64,000 nt of DNA from Candidatus Latescibacterota bacterium (GCA_965205485.1 OZ242180.1:2592001-2656000); one strand, 5' to 3'; shown: positions 19,955-30,070, counted from the stretch's first letter. Notes: generated by a model not told the origin, from the sequence alone. Made by a program: numbers and translations.

Positions 19955-21199
19955 ATGAAATTCGCACCCAGGCCGGAGAACGACTTTGCGGATTATATCC
20001 GGTCGTACTACGAGGCGTGCCGGTATCACTGCGACAAGATCGAGGCGATCGCGGGCAAGTGGATGTTCCGGGACCTGCTGCCGGGCATGAGCGATTTCGA
20101 CACCCGCTTTATCGTGAACGACGGCATGACGGTGGACGACTGGTGCGAGTTGTCCACGACCATGGGGGAGACGCATCTGCGGCTGTGCGAGAAATATCCC
20201 TGCTGGGCGCGGAACTTCGAGCACCTGCCCGGGGTGAATCTGACCTGGTCCGAACTCACGTCGGAGCGGAACTACTATCCGGAATACCACCAGTGGACGT
20301 ACTATCTGACCGAGGACAAGAAGAGACTCGGCGAGGCCCTGGACACCCTCGCCCGGAGACCCTGGGACGAGAAGGACGAGTATTTTCATCTGAAAAAGTT
20401 CTGCCTGTATTTCGGGCGATACAACCGCACGATCGATCCCGCGATCAACCTGGGAGTTCACGAGAACAAATATCCCCTGCACAGCCGGATCATGCATTAT
20501 TTCAATCCGCCGGTCCACTCGGCCGTCTGCGTTCTCGAGAAACAGAATATCTGCGGCAAGCTGGATGCGTTCGAGATCGCGGAACGGCATTTCCCCGGGC
20601 TGCGATGCTGGGACCTGATCAGGGAGATTCTGCACGCCCACTACGAGATGCCCAGGTGGTACGAGGAGCCGCACCTTACCACGCTGGAGGACGCGCTGGA
20701 AGATGCTCTTGGGGAAATACTGGTACGGTTGAGGGACGCAGTGACGCTGATCCCCGGTGAGGCGGGCGCGGATATCGGCGGGTGGAGAGCGGCGCTTCAG
20801 GAGGTGCCGGTGGACCCCGCGCTGGTGATTTTCGACAATGCCAAATTCTCGCGCCTGATGAAGGGCCGCCTCCACTTCTACGGCCACGCTCCGGCGCATT
20901 TCGATACCACCTGGCTGATTCAGAACGAGCTGGGGCGAATCGGCAACAGCTTCTTCCGGATGCCGTTCCGGACGTTCTGGAAGATCAGGACGGGTGAGAC
21001 GGTGGACGATCCTGTAGCAATTCTGGACGAACTGAAAGGAGATCTCCTGTCTCCGTCGGAGGTGGAGGGCACGAAGGCGTTCGCCCGGTTGACGCCGGAC
21101 GAGTGGGAAGCGGGTAAGGAGCACGAGATCGCGGCGGACATCGTGGAGGTCTTCGACGAATTCTTCAGGGCGTTGAACAAGATCAGCGAGGCGGTATAG
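19955..21199 (+). CDS. Hypothetical protein with a nucleotidyltransferase-like motif
   Basis: AAGGAGG RBS; LLPGMSDFDTRF resembles the G..SDxD motif of the Pol-beta NTase fold. Confidence 0.6.
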   Translation: MKFAPRPENDFADYIRSYYEACRYHCDKIEAIAGKWMFRDLLPGMSDFDTRFIVNDGMTVDDWCELSTTMGETHLRLCEKYPCWARNFEHLPGVNLTWSELTSERNYYPEYHQWTYYLTEDKKRLGEALDTLARRPWDEKDEYFHLKKFCLYFGRYNRTIDPAINLGVHENKYPLHSRIMHYFNPPVHSAVCVLEKQNICGKLDAFEIAERHFPGLRCWDLIREILHAHYEMPRWYEEPHLTTLEDALEDALGEILVRLRDAVTLIPGEAGADIGGWRAALQEVPVDPALVIFDNAKFSRLMKGRLHFYGHAPAHFDTTWLIQNELGRIGNSFFRMPFRTFWKIRTGETVDDPVAILDELKGDLLSPSEVEGTKAFARLTPDEWEAGKEHEIAADIVEVFDEFFRALNKISEAV

Positions 21200-21258
21200 G
21201 TGTCAGTGGGAGGCGGAGTTTCGTGATACCGCCGCCTTGTAACTGAAAGGGGAGTCAG

Positions 21259-22401
21259 ATGCAGATCAGGGCGCTCAGATTGCAGGACGTGGACTACGGC
21301 AACCAGTGGGACGACGAGATCGAGGACCGCTGGGAATACAACGACTTCAGGGCTGATTCGTCCTGGCGCGAGGGCTGGATCAGCATGGACAGCGTGTATC
21401 ACAACGCGGAGGATGACCGCGTCTATCTCGGGATCACATCCTTCAACGCCGATATCTTCCGCGCGTACGATCGCGCAACCGGAGCGTTCGAGGATCTGGG
21501 GTACGGCAAGGTGGCCGATCCATTCGACGCCAAGTTTCACAGGTCGCTGGTTCGGTGGGAGAAGGACGGCTGTCTGTACGGGGCAATTGCGCTCCTGCAC
21601 GATATCGACCGGTACTGGGAGGCACCCGGCGGGGCCATCGTCAAATACGATCCGGCGACCGGCGATATTCAGAAACTGGGAGTTCCCATGCCGCATATGT
21701 ACATCCAGTCGATCTGCCTGGACCAGGAGCGCGGCGTGATCTACGGGATGACGTTTACGCCGGAGCGGATGTTCCGGTTCAACCTCGCGGACGGCCGCTC
21801 GGACGACCTGGGGCCGATCAGCAGCGGGATGGAGATGGCCCAGGGCGAGAACGTCGAGCTGGACGACGACGGGTGCGTGTGGTGCGGCTGGAGCGTGACC
21901 CGGGCGTGGCAGAATTTCGCGGGCGTGGACCGCAACCGGCTGTGCAAGTTCGACCCGGAAACGGACAGGATCGCGTATTTCGACGCCGGTCTGCCCAAGC
22001 CGGACGGCAGCTACGGATACGAGCGCGTGGAGGGTATTTTCAACCTGGGCGGGGGCCGGATGTACGCCAGCGGCGCGAACGGGTCGATATACCGGATCGA
22101 TACCGAGACCGGGATGGGTACCTACCTCGGCACGCCCGTTGCCGACCGCCGCAGCCGGCTGACCACCCTGCAGCCCGGCCCGGACGGGGCCGCCTGGGGC
22201 GTGACCGGGCGGGACGGGAAGTGTGAGGTGATCCGGTTCGACGCCGATACGGAATCGTGGGACCTGCTGGGCACCGTGTCGGATGGCGACGCACACTGCT
22301 GGCAGGTGCACGACGTAGCCGTCACTCCCGACGGGACGATCTACGCGGGCGAAAACGACAGCCCCTACCGCAGTGGATATCTCTGGGAAATCAAGGTTTG
22401 A
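21259..22401 (+). CDS. Cytoplasmic beta-propeller repeat protein
   Basis: Repeats such as YDRATGAFEDLG, YDPATGDIQKLG, FNLADGRSDDLG, IDTETGMGTYLG; no signal peptide. Confidence 0.75.
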   Translation: MQIRALRLQDVDYGNQWDDEIEDRWEYNDFRADSSWREGWISMDSVYHNAEDDRVYLGITSFNADIFRAYDRATGAFEDLGYGKVADPFDAKFHRSLVRWEKDGCLYGAIALLHDIDRYWEAPGGAIVKYDPATGDIQKLGVPMPHMYIQSICLDQERGVIYGMTFTPERMFRFNLADGRSDDLGPISSGMEMAQGENVELDDDGCVWCGWSVTRAWQNFAGVDRNRLCKFDPETDRIAYFDAGLPKPDGSYGYERVEGIFNLGGGRMYASGANGSIYRIDTETGMGTYLGTPVADRRSRLTTLQPGPDGAAWGVTGRDGKCEVIRFDADTESWDLLGTVSDGDAHCWQVHDVAVTPDGTIYAGENDSPYRSGYLWEIKV

Positions 22402-22621
22402 CCGGTACAGACGGACGTACACAGGGTTGCAAACGTACGCGGCGTTGCTATATGCAACGCCGTTGTTGTGTTGAACTCAACATGCCGGGTCCCAAGAGAC
22501 GAGCCACGAATGAAGACTGAAATGGGAGATTCACAGTAACCGGCATTTCAATATATCAGAACAAGGAACGACTGCTTGAGGTTCAGTTGTATTTTTATGC
22601 CGAATCAGGTATATTTGTCGT

Positions 22622-22954
22622 ATGTTGAGCAGGCCGATTTTCTGGGTGTCGTCTTCAAGGGATGATCTGCGAAGATTTCCCGCGTCGGCGCGCCGCAAGG
22701 CGGGTTTACAGTTGCAGGCATTACAACGCGGAGACGCACCTGCCGATTTCAGGCCCATGCGCTCAATAGGTCCGGGTGTCATCGAGATTCGTATCAACAC
22801 GGGCAACGCTTACCGCATTTTCTACGTAGCCAAGTTTGCCGAATGTATTTATGTCTTGCATGCCTTTCGGAAAACGGCACAGCGTACGTCGAAGCGAGAT
22901 ATTCAACTTGGCCGGCAACGATACCGAACACTGCTAAAACACAGGCAAGGCTGA
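22622..22954 (+). CDS. HigB/RelE-like (Gp49-type) toxin
   Basis: DFRPMRSIGPGVIEIRI...YRIFYVAKF..IYVLHAF.K..Q.T...DI. Confidence 0.9.
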   Translation: MLSRPIFWVSSSRDDLRRFPASARRKAGLQLQALQRGDAPADFRPMRSIGPGVIEIRINTGNAYRIFYVAKFAECIYVLHAFRKTAQRTSKRDIQLGRQRYRTLLKHRQG

Positions 22955-22969
22955 CAAGGAGACAACGCT

Positions 22970-23257
22970 ATGGAAGTGATTCAAGGCCGCGATAACGTAT
23001 TCGAAGATATCGGTTTCGATCGGACAGAAGCGGCGAGCTTAAGGGTCCGTGCTGATCTGATGCTCGACCTAAGACGGTACATCCAGGCCAACGGGTGGAC
23101 ACAACGTCAGGCTGCTGAATTCTTCGGCGAGTCACAACCACGAATCAGCAACTTGATGAAGGGAGATATCGGTCGCTTTAGCGTGGATAAATTGATAAAC
23201 ATGCTGACGCGAGCGGGGATGCAGGTCGAAATCTACGTCAAACCACAGGCAGCGTAA
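22970..23257 (+). CDS. HigA-like XRE/HTH antitoxin
   Basis: NVFEDIGF, TQ.QAA..G.SQPRIS.L..G.I.RFSVDKL; lies directly downstream of the toxin. Confidence 0.9.
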   Translation: MEVIQGRDNVFEDIGFDRTEAASLRVRADLMLDLRRYIQANGWTQRQAAEFFGESQPRISNLMKGDIGRFSVDKLINMLTRAGMQVEIYVKPQAA

Positions 23258-23477
23258 TCAAGAGCGCCATCCGTTTTACCCGACGCTGGATGTCTTGGAA
23301 CGGCGTCCGTTCGTCGCCTCATACAGGGATCATACCTAGGATCTCACGTTCGGCACGGACGAATTCTCAGGCGAGGCGGTGACAGGATCTGCTTTTCTGT
23401 CAAAACTGATGTGGATCATTGATGTTGTCGACGAGCGATCTTTATCTGTGGCTCAGGTTTGACGTCACGTTTGAGAG

Positions 23478-23702
23478 GTGAGCGAAATGAACGCACATCG
23501 CGTTGAAACGGTTATACGCCAGGACAAAACGGTTTTGCTGGAGGATTTGCCTTTCCAGGCAGGCGAATCGGTCGAAGTCATCATTTCCCACTGTTATGCA
23601 AAACACAAAAAGAAGGAACACTATACGTTGCGTGGCACGTCAATAAAATACGTCGATCCCACAAAACCTGTAGCTGGCGGTGATTGGAACGTATCGCAAT
23701 GA
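23478..23702 (+). CDS. Small putative antitoxin of a PIN-toxin pair
   Basis: LPFQAGESVEVII...LRGT...YVDPTKPV...W; stop overlaps the ATG of the PIN gene. Confidence 0.65.
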   Translation: MSEMNAHRVETVIRQDKTVLLEDLPFQAGESVEVIISHCYAKHKKKEHYTLRGTSIKYVDPTKPVAGGDWNVSQ

Positions 23703-23890
23703 TCGCCCTTGATACACACATCTGGGTGTGATGGATCCATGGAGACGCCAACCTCACCAGCCAACAGGTTACCAGGTTGGAACAATTCGAGTCTCAAGGC
23801 CTTGGTGTGAGTGCAATTTCATGCTGGGAAGTTGCTAAGTTGGTCGAGTACAAGCGGCTCGTCCTGTCTTTTCCGAATAATCTTGGAAAG
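23699..23890 (+). pseudogene. VapC/PIN toxin pseudogene
   Basis: Translates MIALDTHIWV*WIHGD...VSAISCWEVAKLVEYKRL; in-frame TGA at 23729-23731; homology lost before the repeat at 23898. Confidence 0.85.
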
Positions 23891-23897
23891 CAGTACC

Positions 23898-24046
23898 GGA
23901 GCGAGGGCATCCTGCCCTCGAATAGCAGGTGACCCATCGATATCCACATCAAGGGCCAATTGCCTTCTCTCCATCCCAGGCCACATCTGGAATACCGGCG
24001 CCAGGTCCTCGTGAATCAGCCGTCGAGGGCAGGATGCCCTCGCTCC
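23898..24046. repeat. Inverted pair of GGAG-type REP-like hairpins
   Basis: ggagcgagggcatcctgccctcga (23898-23921) and its exact reverse complement (24023-24046). Confidence 0.8.
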
Positions 24047-24197
24047 CGGGAAAGGCGACGCTGACATTCGTTCCATGCCCATTCGAGATCTCTGAAAACC
24101 TCACGGTTCTTGGACAGCAATAAGTCCTGAGATATTCTGGATATTTACTCCTCCGACCCGTCTTCGCGTATGCGTCCCGGATGTAATGGTGGCACCG

Positions 24198-24692
24198 ATG
24201 ACACGGATTTTGCGACACAAGCTGGACGCCATCGCGAAAGCCTGCGAACGCCACGGCGTGATCCGGTTGGATGCGTTCGGATCGGCTCTTCGCGATGAGT
24301 TCCAGCCCGGCCGGAGCGACGTGGATCTCCTTGTCGAACTCGGCTCGATGGAACCCTGACAGTCCGTTGAAAAAGTCGCTCTGCAGGCGAGGCCGAGCCA
24401 TTGTGGCCGAAGACAAGGCGCGCGACCGAGTCCCATCCTGCGATTCGGCGAGGGAGCGCAACGCAGTATTTCGACCGCAAGGGCCGGCCGTAGCCCGGAT
24501 GGACTTTTTCAACGGGCTGTTAAGCTCGAGTCGATGCCTACTTCGGCCTGCTTGAAGACCTGAGGGCCATCCTGGGTGAGCAGGTCGATCTGGTCATTTC
24601 AGGCGCCGTGAAGAACCCCTAATTCGCACGCGAGATTGCGCGTACGAAGGAGCTGCTATATGCCGCGTGACGCGCGAGCCTACCCGTCGGAT
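24198..24692 (+). pseudogene. MNT (minimal nucleotidyltransferase) antitoxin pseudogene plus HEPN/DUF86 toxin stub
   Basis: MTRILRHKLDAIAKACERHGVIRLDAFGSALRDEFQPGRSDVDLLVE, then the MITE, then DAYFGLLEDLRAILGEQVDLV...VKNP*FAREI..TKELLYAA*; overlapping ATG gives MPRDARAY, a DUF86-like start. Confidence 0.85.
24360..24519 (+). mobile_element. MITE family A, copy 1 (160 bp)
   Basis: Terminal IRs cagtccgttgaaaaagtc / gactttttcaacgggctg; homologous to 42616-42775 and 63579-63724. Confidence 0.88.
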
Positions 24693-25882
24693 TACGGTCC
24701 GGCCTCGCGGATCACCGTTACCTTGTAGACGCCTGTTGTCGCTCCGTCCTCCGCCGTCACTCTGATTTCGATCCTGTTATTGCCGGCCTGAAGCCCGTCG
24801 AACGTCACCGACTTGCGCGTCGTGCCGTCCATCGTCAGGCTCATTCCGGTATTCCGAACCACGAGAGGCGTCCCGTCTGAAGCGGTTCCGCTTGAGGCGT
24901 GCGTCATACTGCTCGGGTTGGAGATGGTTATCGTGACGGTTGTCGCACTGGCTGCCACAGTCGCCTCGTACGAGCCGGTATCGCGGTCAAATGCCGGGCG
25001 CAGTATTGACTTTTCCGCCGTTACCCCGAAGAAGCCCGCCTTGCCCTCCGCCAGCGCCATCCCCGTGAGTTTCGTATCCCGGCTTGGCGCAATCCGGGTG
25101 ACCGTGATCGTGTAACGCTCCGTTGACTTTCCGTCCTCGGCAGTTGCCGCGAGTTCCAGGGTATTCCGGCCCACGGTCAGGCCGGCGATCTTTAGTTTGT
25201 CGACCTTGAGGGAGGACCCGTCCGCCGCGGTTCCCTCCAACCGTACCAACGTCGCCGCTTCCTTCCTCCCCACGATAACTTCGACGTTGGTCGTCCCGTA
25301 GGGCACGGCAGCCTGATAGGTCTTCGTTTCCGGCGCAAAAGCGGGTGCGAGGCCGCTCCCCGACAGCGCCAGTGCGGTCAGTCCGGCATCGCTTCCGGGT
25401 GTTCTTGCCCGCCCAACCGAAACGTCGTAGTTTACTTTCGTCTTCTCTTTTCTCCGTCCCTGCTCCACCTCGAACTGAATCGAGTTTTCCCCCGGACCGA
25501 GTCCATCGAACGACAAGATGGTGTACCGCTTCGAACGCCTTCTGCCGGACCAGGCATTGCGTTCAAGCTTCGTGCCGTCGGACGTCCTGCTTCGTTTCAC
25601 ATTGACTTTCGACCGGCTCCTGTAATAGAGTACCAACGTAACGCCCGTGCCGCTATACGGTGCGGAGACCGTATAGGAGGTTGTCCCGTCCGCGCGAGAC
25701 GCGGGCAGCGCGGGCAGGGACAGCGGCAGAGATTTCGGCTTCTCGGAAAGAAAACCGAGATGTGCGCGAAGCGAATCAACACCCGTCGCTGTCGCGGATC
25801 CTGCCAAGCCGAGAATCGACGCAGAAGAAAACAGAAACACGGCGAAGAGCGTTCCCGGCCGCCTGATCCATCGCATGGCCAT
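24692..25882 (-). CDS. Secreted protein with cadherin-like beta-sandwich repeats
   Basis: Signal peptide; repeated 'L.PAF......Y.A.V' and 'G.N......TAEDG..T..Y..TV.R' units. Confidence 0.85.
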   Translation of the reverse strand: MAMRWIRRPGTLFAVFLFSSASILGLAGSATATGVDSLRAHLGFLSEKPKSLPLSLPALPASRADGTTSYTVSAPYSGTGVTLVLYYRSRSKVNVKRSRTSDGTKLERNAWSGRRRSKRYTILSFDGLGPGENSIQFEVEQGRRKEKTKVNYDVSVGRARTPGSDAGLTALALSGSGLAPAFAPETKTYQAAVPYGTTNVEVIVGRKEAATLVRLEGTAADGSSLKVDKLKIAGLTVGRNTLELAATAEDGKSTERYTITVTRIAPSRDTKLTGMALAEGKAGFFGVTAEKSILRPAFDRDTGSYEATVAASATTVTITISNPSSMTHASSGTASDGTPLVVRNTGMSLTMDGTTRKSVTFDGLQAGNNRIEIRVTAEDGATTGVYKVTVIREAGP

Positions 25883-26382
25883 TTCGCGATACGGCGCGAT
25901 TTTTGGGTATTCGGTCCGTCTGGGCGACTCGGGAGTTGCGTCTTCGATTCTCGAATTGAATGGAAGTGTTTCCTTTTGGATTCGGAAAGACATCGCCCTG
26001 CTCCTTTCGAAATGGAAAGGTAATCGTTCGTGAATTCAATGTGAAACGGTCCGTTCCGATTTTCATTTCTCAATATAGGCTGCGCAACAGAAAAGGAAAT
26101 TAAATTCACACATATTTCAAAGAGTTTCTGGCTTCCCGACAACAAAGTCATCAGCTGAAGACTAACCTTGATTCGTAAGTCTTCGGGGACGTTAATTCGA
26201 ATATGTGCTTGTAAATAAAGGCGATTAGACGGCGGATTACCAGGATACACCAGGTCACTCGACTTGAAGGGAAAAAATGTCCTTCTATACGTCGATAACG
26301 CCCCGTTTCGGAGGGTTTTATCGCGTCGCCGCGTTGCTGTTTTTTTCGGATTGAGGCTAAACACAAGATGATGGAGTGAGCC

Positions 26383-28119
26383 ATGGCTTCAGGCAGCGGA
26401 AGGGTACAGCGGGAACGGCATACCAGTACGGGTAACGGCGCACTGCTGGTGGTCATCGACAGCGGCGGGCCGTACTGGGAGCGCATGATCGTGGAGGAGA
26501 CGGTCCTCGCGGCGCTGGCGCATTTCGGTATGCCGTTTCGGTTGCTGGACCTGGCTGGGGAGCGTCCTGCGCCGGAGTCATTGGACCAGTGCGCGGGTAT
26601 CCTGCTGGCGCAGAACGGGTTGGGCGCGTCGTTGACCCGTTGCGAGACGGGTCTGATTGCGGACGCGGTTCGTAGTGGCGCCGGGCTGGTCAACTTCGAC
26701 TACGACCTGAGGGCATATAAGGGGCCTCTCCTGGAAATATTCGGTTTCGACCGGATCAATCCGCATCCATACGCGACCGATACCGTGCGGATGCAGGAAC
26801 GGGATCACTATATCACGGAATTGCAGTCACCCGGAGAATTCCACACGTTCGACCGGATGGTGACGGCGATCGCCGCCGAAAAGTGGGGCGACTCCGTGGT
26901 TCCGCTCGCGGACGGAATTCTGGGAAAGGAGCAGCTGATCTATATCCGGCACCTGTCGCCCTGGAGCGCATTTGAGCCGCGCAATTATCCCCTGGCGTTC
27001 GCCACGGAACGGGGTGCGGGGCGGGCGGTGCAGTTCACGTTGAACTCTAGAGTGTGGCGGAACGCCTTCTACGGCCATGCCCGCGGGATGGACGATCTGT
27101 TCTGGCGGTCGATCGTGTGGACGGCGCGAAAGCCGTTTGCCGCCAACATGATTCCGCCCTTCGTCACCATGTCGTGGGACGATTGCGAGGGACGGCACGA
27201 TTTCGCATTCGCCGATATCGCGAACAGCTACGGGTTCAAACCGATGCCGTCCCTGTTCATCGCGAACGTACCGGAACGCCTGTTTCCCAAAATCAGGGCG
27301 GGAATGCAGAGCGGGGAAATCCACTACAACAGCCACGCGCTGGACTATTATCGGTTGCTGATCTACAATTTCGGAAAGGGCGAGTGTTCGCAGGCGGAAC
27401 TGGAATCCAACTTCGCATTTGCGGACGCGTTCTGGAATCAGGTGGGGGCCAATCCCGGAGCGACGCTGCGATTCCACTGGGGGGAGTACGGCGTTCGGGC
27501 GCTCCCTTTCCTGAAGGAGCGCGGACACCGGTTTTTCTGCCCGGCCCTGCAGACGGGGCTGCACAAGGCCGATATGTGCATGCAGGACGGCTTCTGGCCT
27601 TACGGGCTGCAAACCTGCTATTACGACTATCTGCCCGACGACCACGACTTCTTCGCCTTCGCGGCCATGCTTGCCCGTCATCAGGAGGATTTCCTGACGG
27701 GATGCACGCCCTATCTGCGGGAGAACGAAAGAACGGACGTCGAAAAGGCCGCCGGCAATGCGGCCGTACAGATCCGCCACGGGCTGCGCGCCGGATTCTA
27801 CGCGGAGATCGTGACCCATGAGCAGAAGTTCGACGCCGTAACCATGGAAGAATGGGACCGCATTCTGGCCCGCACGGGTACGATGACGGCCGGCTACGAG
27901 AAGATCTACGCCAGCCACGATGAAATCGGCCACTATCTGCAGGGAAAAGACGGGGTCCGGTTCGATCAGGTATCAACGAACGGAGCGGCGGCGCGGTATA
28001 CGCTGGCAGGCAGAACGTCGGTTCCGTTGCGTATTTCGGCGTTCCGAAACGAAGGTGACGCCGTTGTGCGCGAATACGCTGATGTCGATGCATTCGATGG
28101 ACGAGCGGAGGTCGGCTAA
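26383..28119 (+). CDS. Hypothetical protein with a putative polysaccharide-deacetylase-like barrel
   Basis: TMSWDD, NSH, FHW and THE motifs; coding-like codon usage. Confidence 0.6.
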   Translation: MASGSGRVQRERHTSTGNGALLVVIDSGGPYWERMIVEETVLAALAHFGMPFRLLDLAGERPAPESLDQCAGILLAQNGLGASLTRCETGLIADAVRSGAGLVNFDYDLRAYKGPLLEIFGFDRINPHPYATDTVRMQERDHYITELQSPGEFHTFDRMVTAIAAEKWGDSVVPLADGILGKEQLIYIRHLSPWSAFEPRNYPLAFATERGAGRAVQFTLNSRVWRNAFYGHARGMDDLFWRSIVWTARKPFAANMIPPFVTMSWDDCEGRHDFAFADIANSYGFKPMPSLFIANVPERLFPKIRAGMQSGEIHYNSHALDYYRLLIYNFGKGECSQAELESNFAFADAFWNQVGANPGATLRFHWGEYGVRALPFLKERGHRFFCPALQTGLHKADMCMQDGFWPYGLQTCYYDYLPDDHDFFAFAAMLARHQEDFLTGCTPYLRENERTDVEKAAGNAAVQIRHGLRAGFYAEIVTHEQKFDAVTMEEWDRILARTGTMTAGYEKIYASHDEIGHYLQGKDGVRFDQVSTNGAAARYTLAGRTSVPLRISAFRNEGDAVVREYADVDAFDGRAEVG

Positions 28120-28158
28120 AGTGCAGGGAACCAGCATCAATACCGGAGTCGGAAAGAC

Positions 28159-29079
28159 GTGACGGAAGTCTTCTTCAACATTCAGGTCGATTGCGAGGCC
28201 ACGCAGCGAAGTATCGGCGACCCGGCGCTGGGCGAACGGTCGATTCACGGATTGGGCGAAATCTTTTCGCGGACCGGCATGAAGGGCACGTTTGTCGTGA
28301 TTCCGTCGGACATGAAGGCGCATTCGGGCGTGTATTGCGAACTCGAATCCGAAGGCCACGAGGTGGGCCTTCACGTGCATCCGGCGGAACAGGGGTACGA
28401 AGAGTTCCTGGGTGTGTACGGATTCGAGGAACAGGTGGCGATTCTGAAGCAGGCGGCGGATCAGTTCGCCGATTCGATGGGCCGACCGCCCTCGGTATTC
28501 ACCCCCGGATATTTTTCGGCCAACGACCATACCTTTCCCGCGCTGGAGGCGCTGGGGTTCACGCACGGCACGGTGTCGATGCCAACGCGAAACCTTCCTC
28601 ATTGCGCCTGTGTATGGGGGGGTTCGCCGCTGGATATCCACTACCCGCACCGGTACAATCGATCCCTGACGGGTGACGTGAATTTCGTGGATATACCCAC
28701 CACTGTGGACGTCGACTCGCGGATGTGGGGCGGGGCGCACCCGCAGGACCTGCGCATTGAACTGGTGGACGCCAAGAACCATTGGTATACCATTCAAAAG
28801 AACGTGAAACGACAGATCGACAGCGGAAGCGACATACCGGTGAAGTACCTGAAAGCGCTGACGCACAATATCTTCGACTACGGCGATGCGCGGGACTTCC
28901 GCAGGGAGACGATGCAGGGCGTGGTGGCGGCGGCGAGGGAAATATGCGAAAAGCAGGGCTGCGCTCTGGTCCCGGCGACAGCGGCGGAGATCGCCGAGTC
29001 CTACCGGGCGGCGGTTCCCCTTCCCGAACGCGGCCCGCAGTTGGACCTGGACACACGGGGACGCGGGGCCTGGATTTGA
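28159..29079 (+). CDS. Polysaccharide deacetylase (CE4-like) family protein
   Basis: VDCE, GTFVV, GHEVGLHVH, FTPGYFS. Confidence 0.8.
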   Translation: MTEVFFNIQVDCEATQRSIGDPALGERSIHGLGEIFSRTGMKGTFVVIPSDMKAHSGVYCELESEGHEVGLHVHPAEQGYEEFLGVYGFEEQVAILKQAADQFADSMGRPPSVFTPGYFSANDHTFPALEALGFTHGTVSMPTRNLPHCACVWGGSPLDIHYPHRYNRSLTGDVNFVDIPTTVDVDSRMWGGAHPQDLRIELVDAKNHWYTIQKNVKRQIDSGSDIPVKYLKALTHNIFDYGDARDFRRETMQGVVAAAREICEKQGCALVPATAAEIAESYRAAVPLPERGPQLDLDTRGRGAWI

Positions 29080-29224
29080 GCGCGGCGCGGACGGGCCCTG
29101 CCCTTTCGGGTTCAGTCCGGGGACGTCTGGCGAAAGACGCATCACGATACGGAAAGGGTCGAATGCCGGCCGCCCTGGTTACGGGGCGGCCGTTTCGCTT
29201 TTGCACGTATTGACGCGCATCGGG

Positions 29225-30070
29225 CTAGGAAAGGTCCAGGATGGAGAGACTGTCCCGATAGATTACCGATTCGATTTCGTCGGCGTCGAGGCGGGGCAGC
29301 GCGGTGCCTTCGAGCATATTGTTCAGGCTGCGAAGGCCGGCAAGCGATGCGTCGACGGTGGTAAAGGGATAGTCCGTGCCGAAGAGCAGTTTGTCCCAGA
29401 CGCCGTATTCCTGGACGAGCATCAGGCTGTGGTAGAGCTGAAACGGGCGGTAGTGCAGCGCGCTGAGGTCGGCGTAGACGTTGGGGTGTTTTCGAATAAC
29501 CGCAACGCATTCGCCCTCGTAGGGATGCCCCAGATGCGCCAGGATGATCTTGACGTCGGGGAAGCGAATGGCGACCGGATCCAGGTGGCGGGGAAGTGTA
29601 CATTCCAGAGGCGCCTGCGCCACGAAGGTGGTTCCGGTATGGAGGAGTACGGGCAGTCCGTGTTCGCGGGCGTACCGCCAGAGCGGCTCAACGGACGGGT
29701 CGTCGGGCCTGAAGCCGGCGTACATGGAGAGTAGTTTTATTCCCTTCAGGCCGAGATCCTGATGTCCCTCTCTCAACTCGTCCTGCCAGCCCTCCTGGGT
29801 CGGATCGACCGACAGGAAGCCAGTGAGCGCATCCGGGCTCCGGGCTACCGTTTCGGCCACAAAGCGATCCTCTACCCAGACACCGCTCAGTCTGGCCTTT
29901 CCGCCGAAGACGATTGTGCGAACCGGTTCACCCGCGTGCCGCCGGTAGTCGTCATGGCTGGTCGAGAGGTCGACTTCCACGTCGCCTCTGGCGCGGGTGG
30001 CCTGCCGCCGGAACGCTTCGGTGAAGTGTTGAGGATATCGGAAGACGTGGGCGTGTACGTCAATGATCAT
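29225..30070 (-). CDS. Amidohydrolase_2 family metal-dependent hydrolase
   Basis: IIDVHAH, KGIK, LHTG, ILAHLG, LLFGTDYP. Confidence 0.92.
   Translation of the reverse strand: MIIDVHAHVFRYPQHFTEAFRRQATRARGDVEVDLSTSHDDYRRHAGEPVRTIVFGGKARLSGVWVEDRFVAETVARSPDALTGFLSVDPTQEGWQDELREGHQDLGLKGIKLLSMYAGFRPDDPSVEPLWRYAREHGLPVLLHTGTTFVAQAPLECTLPRHLDPVAIRFPDVKIILAHLGHPYEGECVAVIRKHPNVYADLSALHYRPFQLYHSLMLVQEYGVWDKLLFGTDYPFTTVDASLAGLRSLNNMLEGTALPRLDADEIESVIYRDSLSILDLS

Noticed and set aside
23729..23731. TGA read-through (Trp or Sec recoding) in the PIN gene
   Set aside because: TGA is an ordinary stop in many genes here and the gene is also truncated, so a pseudogene is the simpler reading
23949..24555. 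ORFs similar to those at 42525-42813 and 63226-63717
   Set aside because: Translations of MITE family A; no transposase motifs
25597..26364. 255-aa minus-strand ORF over the AT-rich gap
   Set aside because: Overlaps the cadherin-like gene out of frame, atypical composition, no motif
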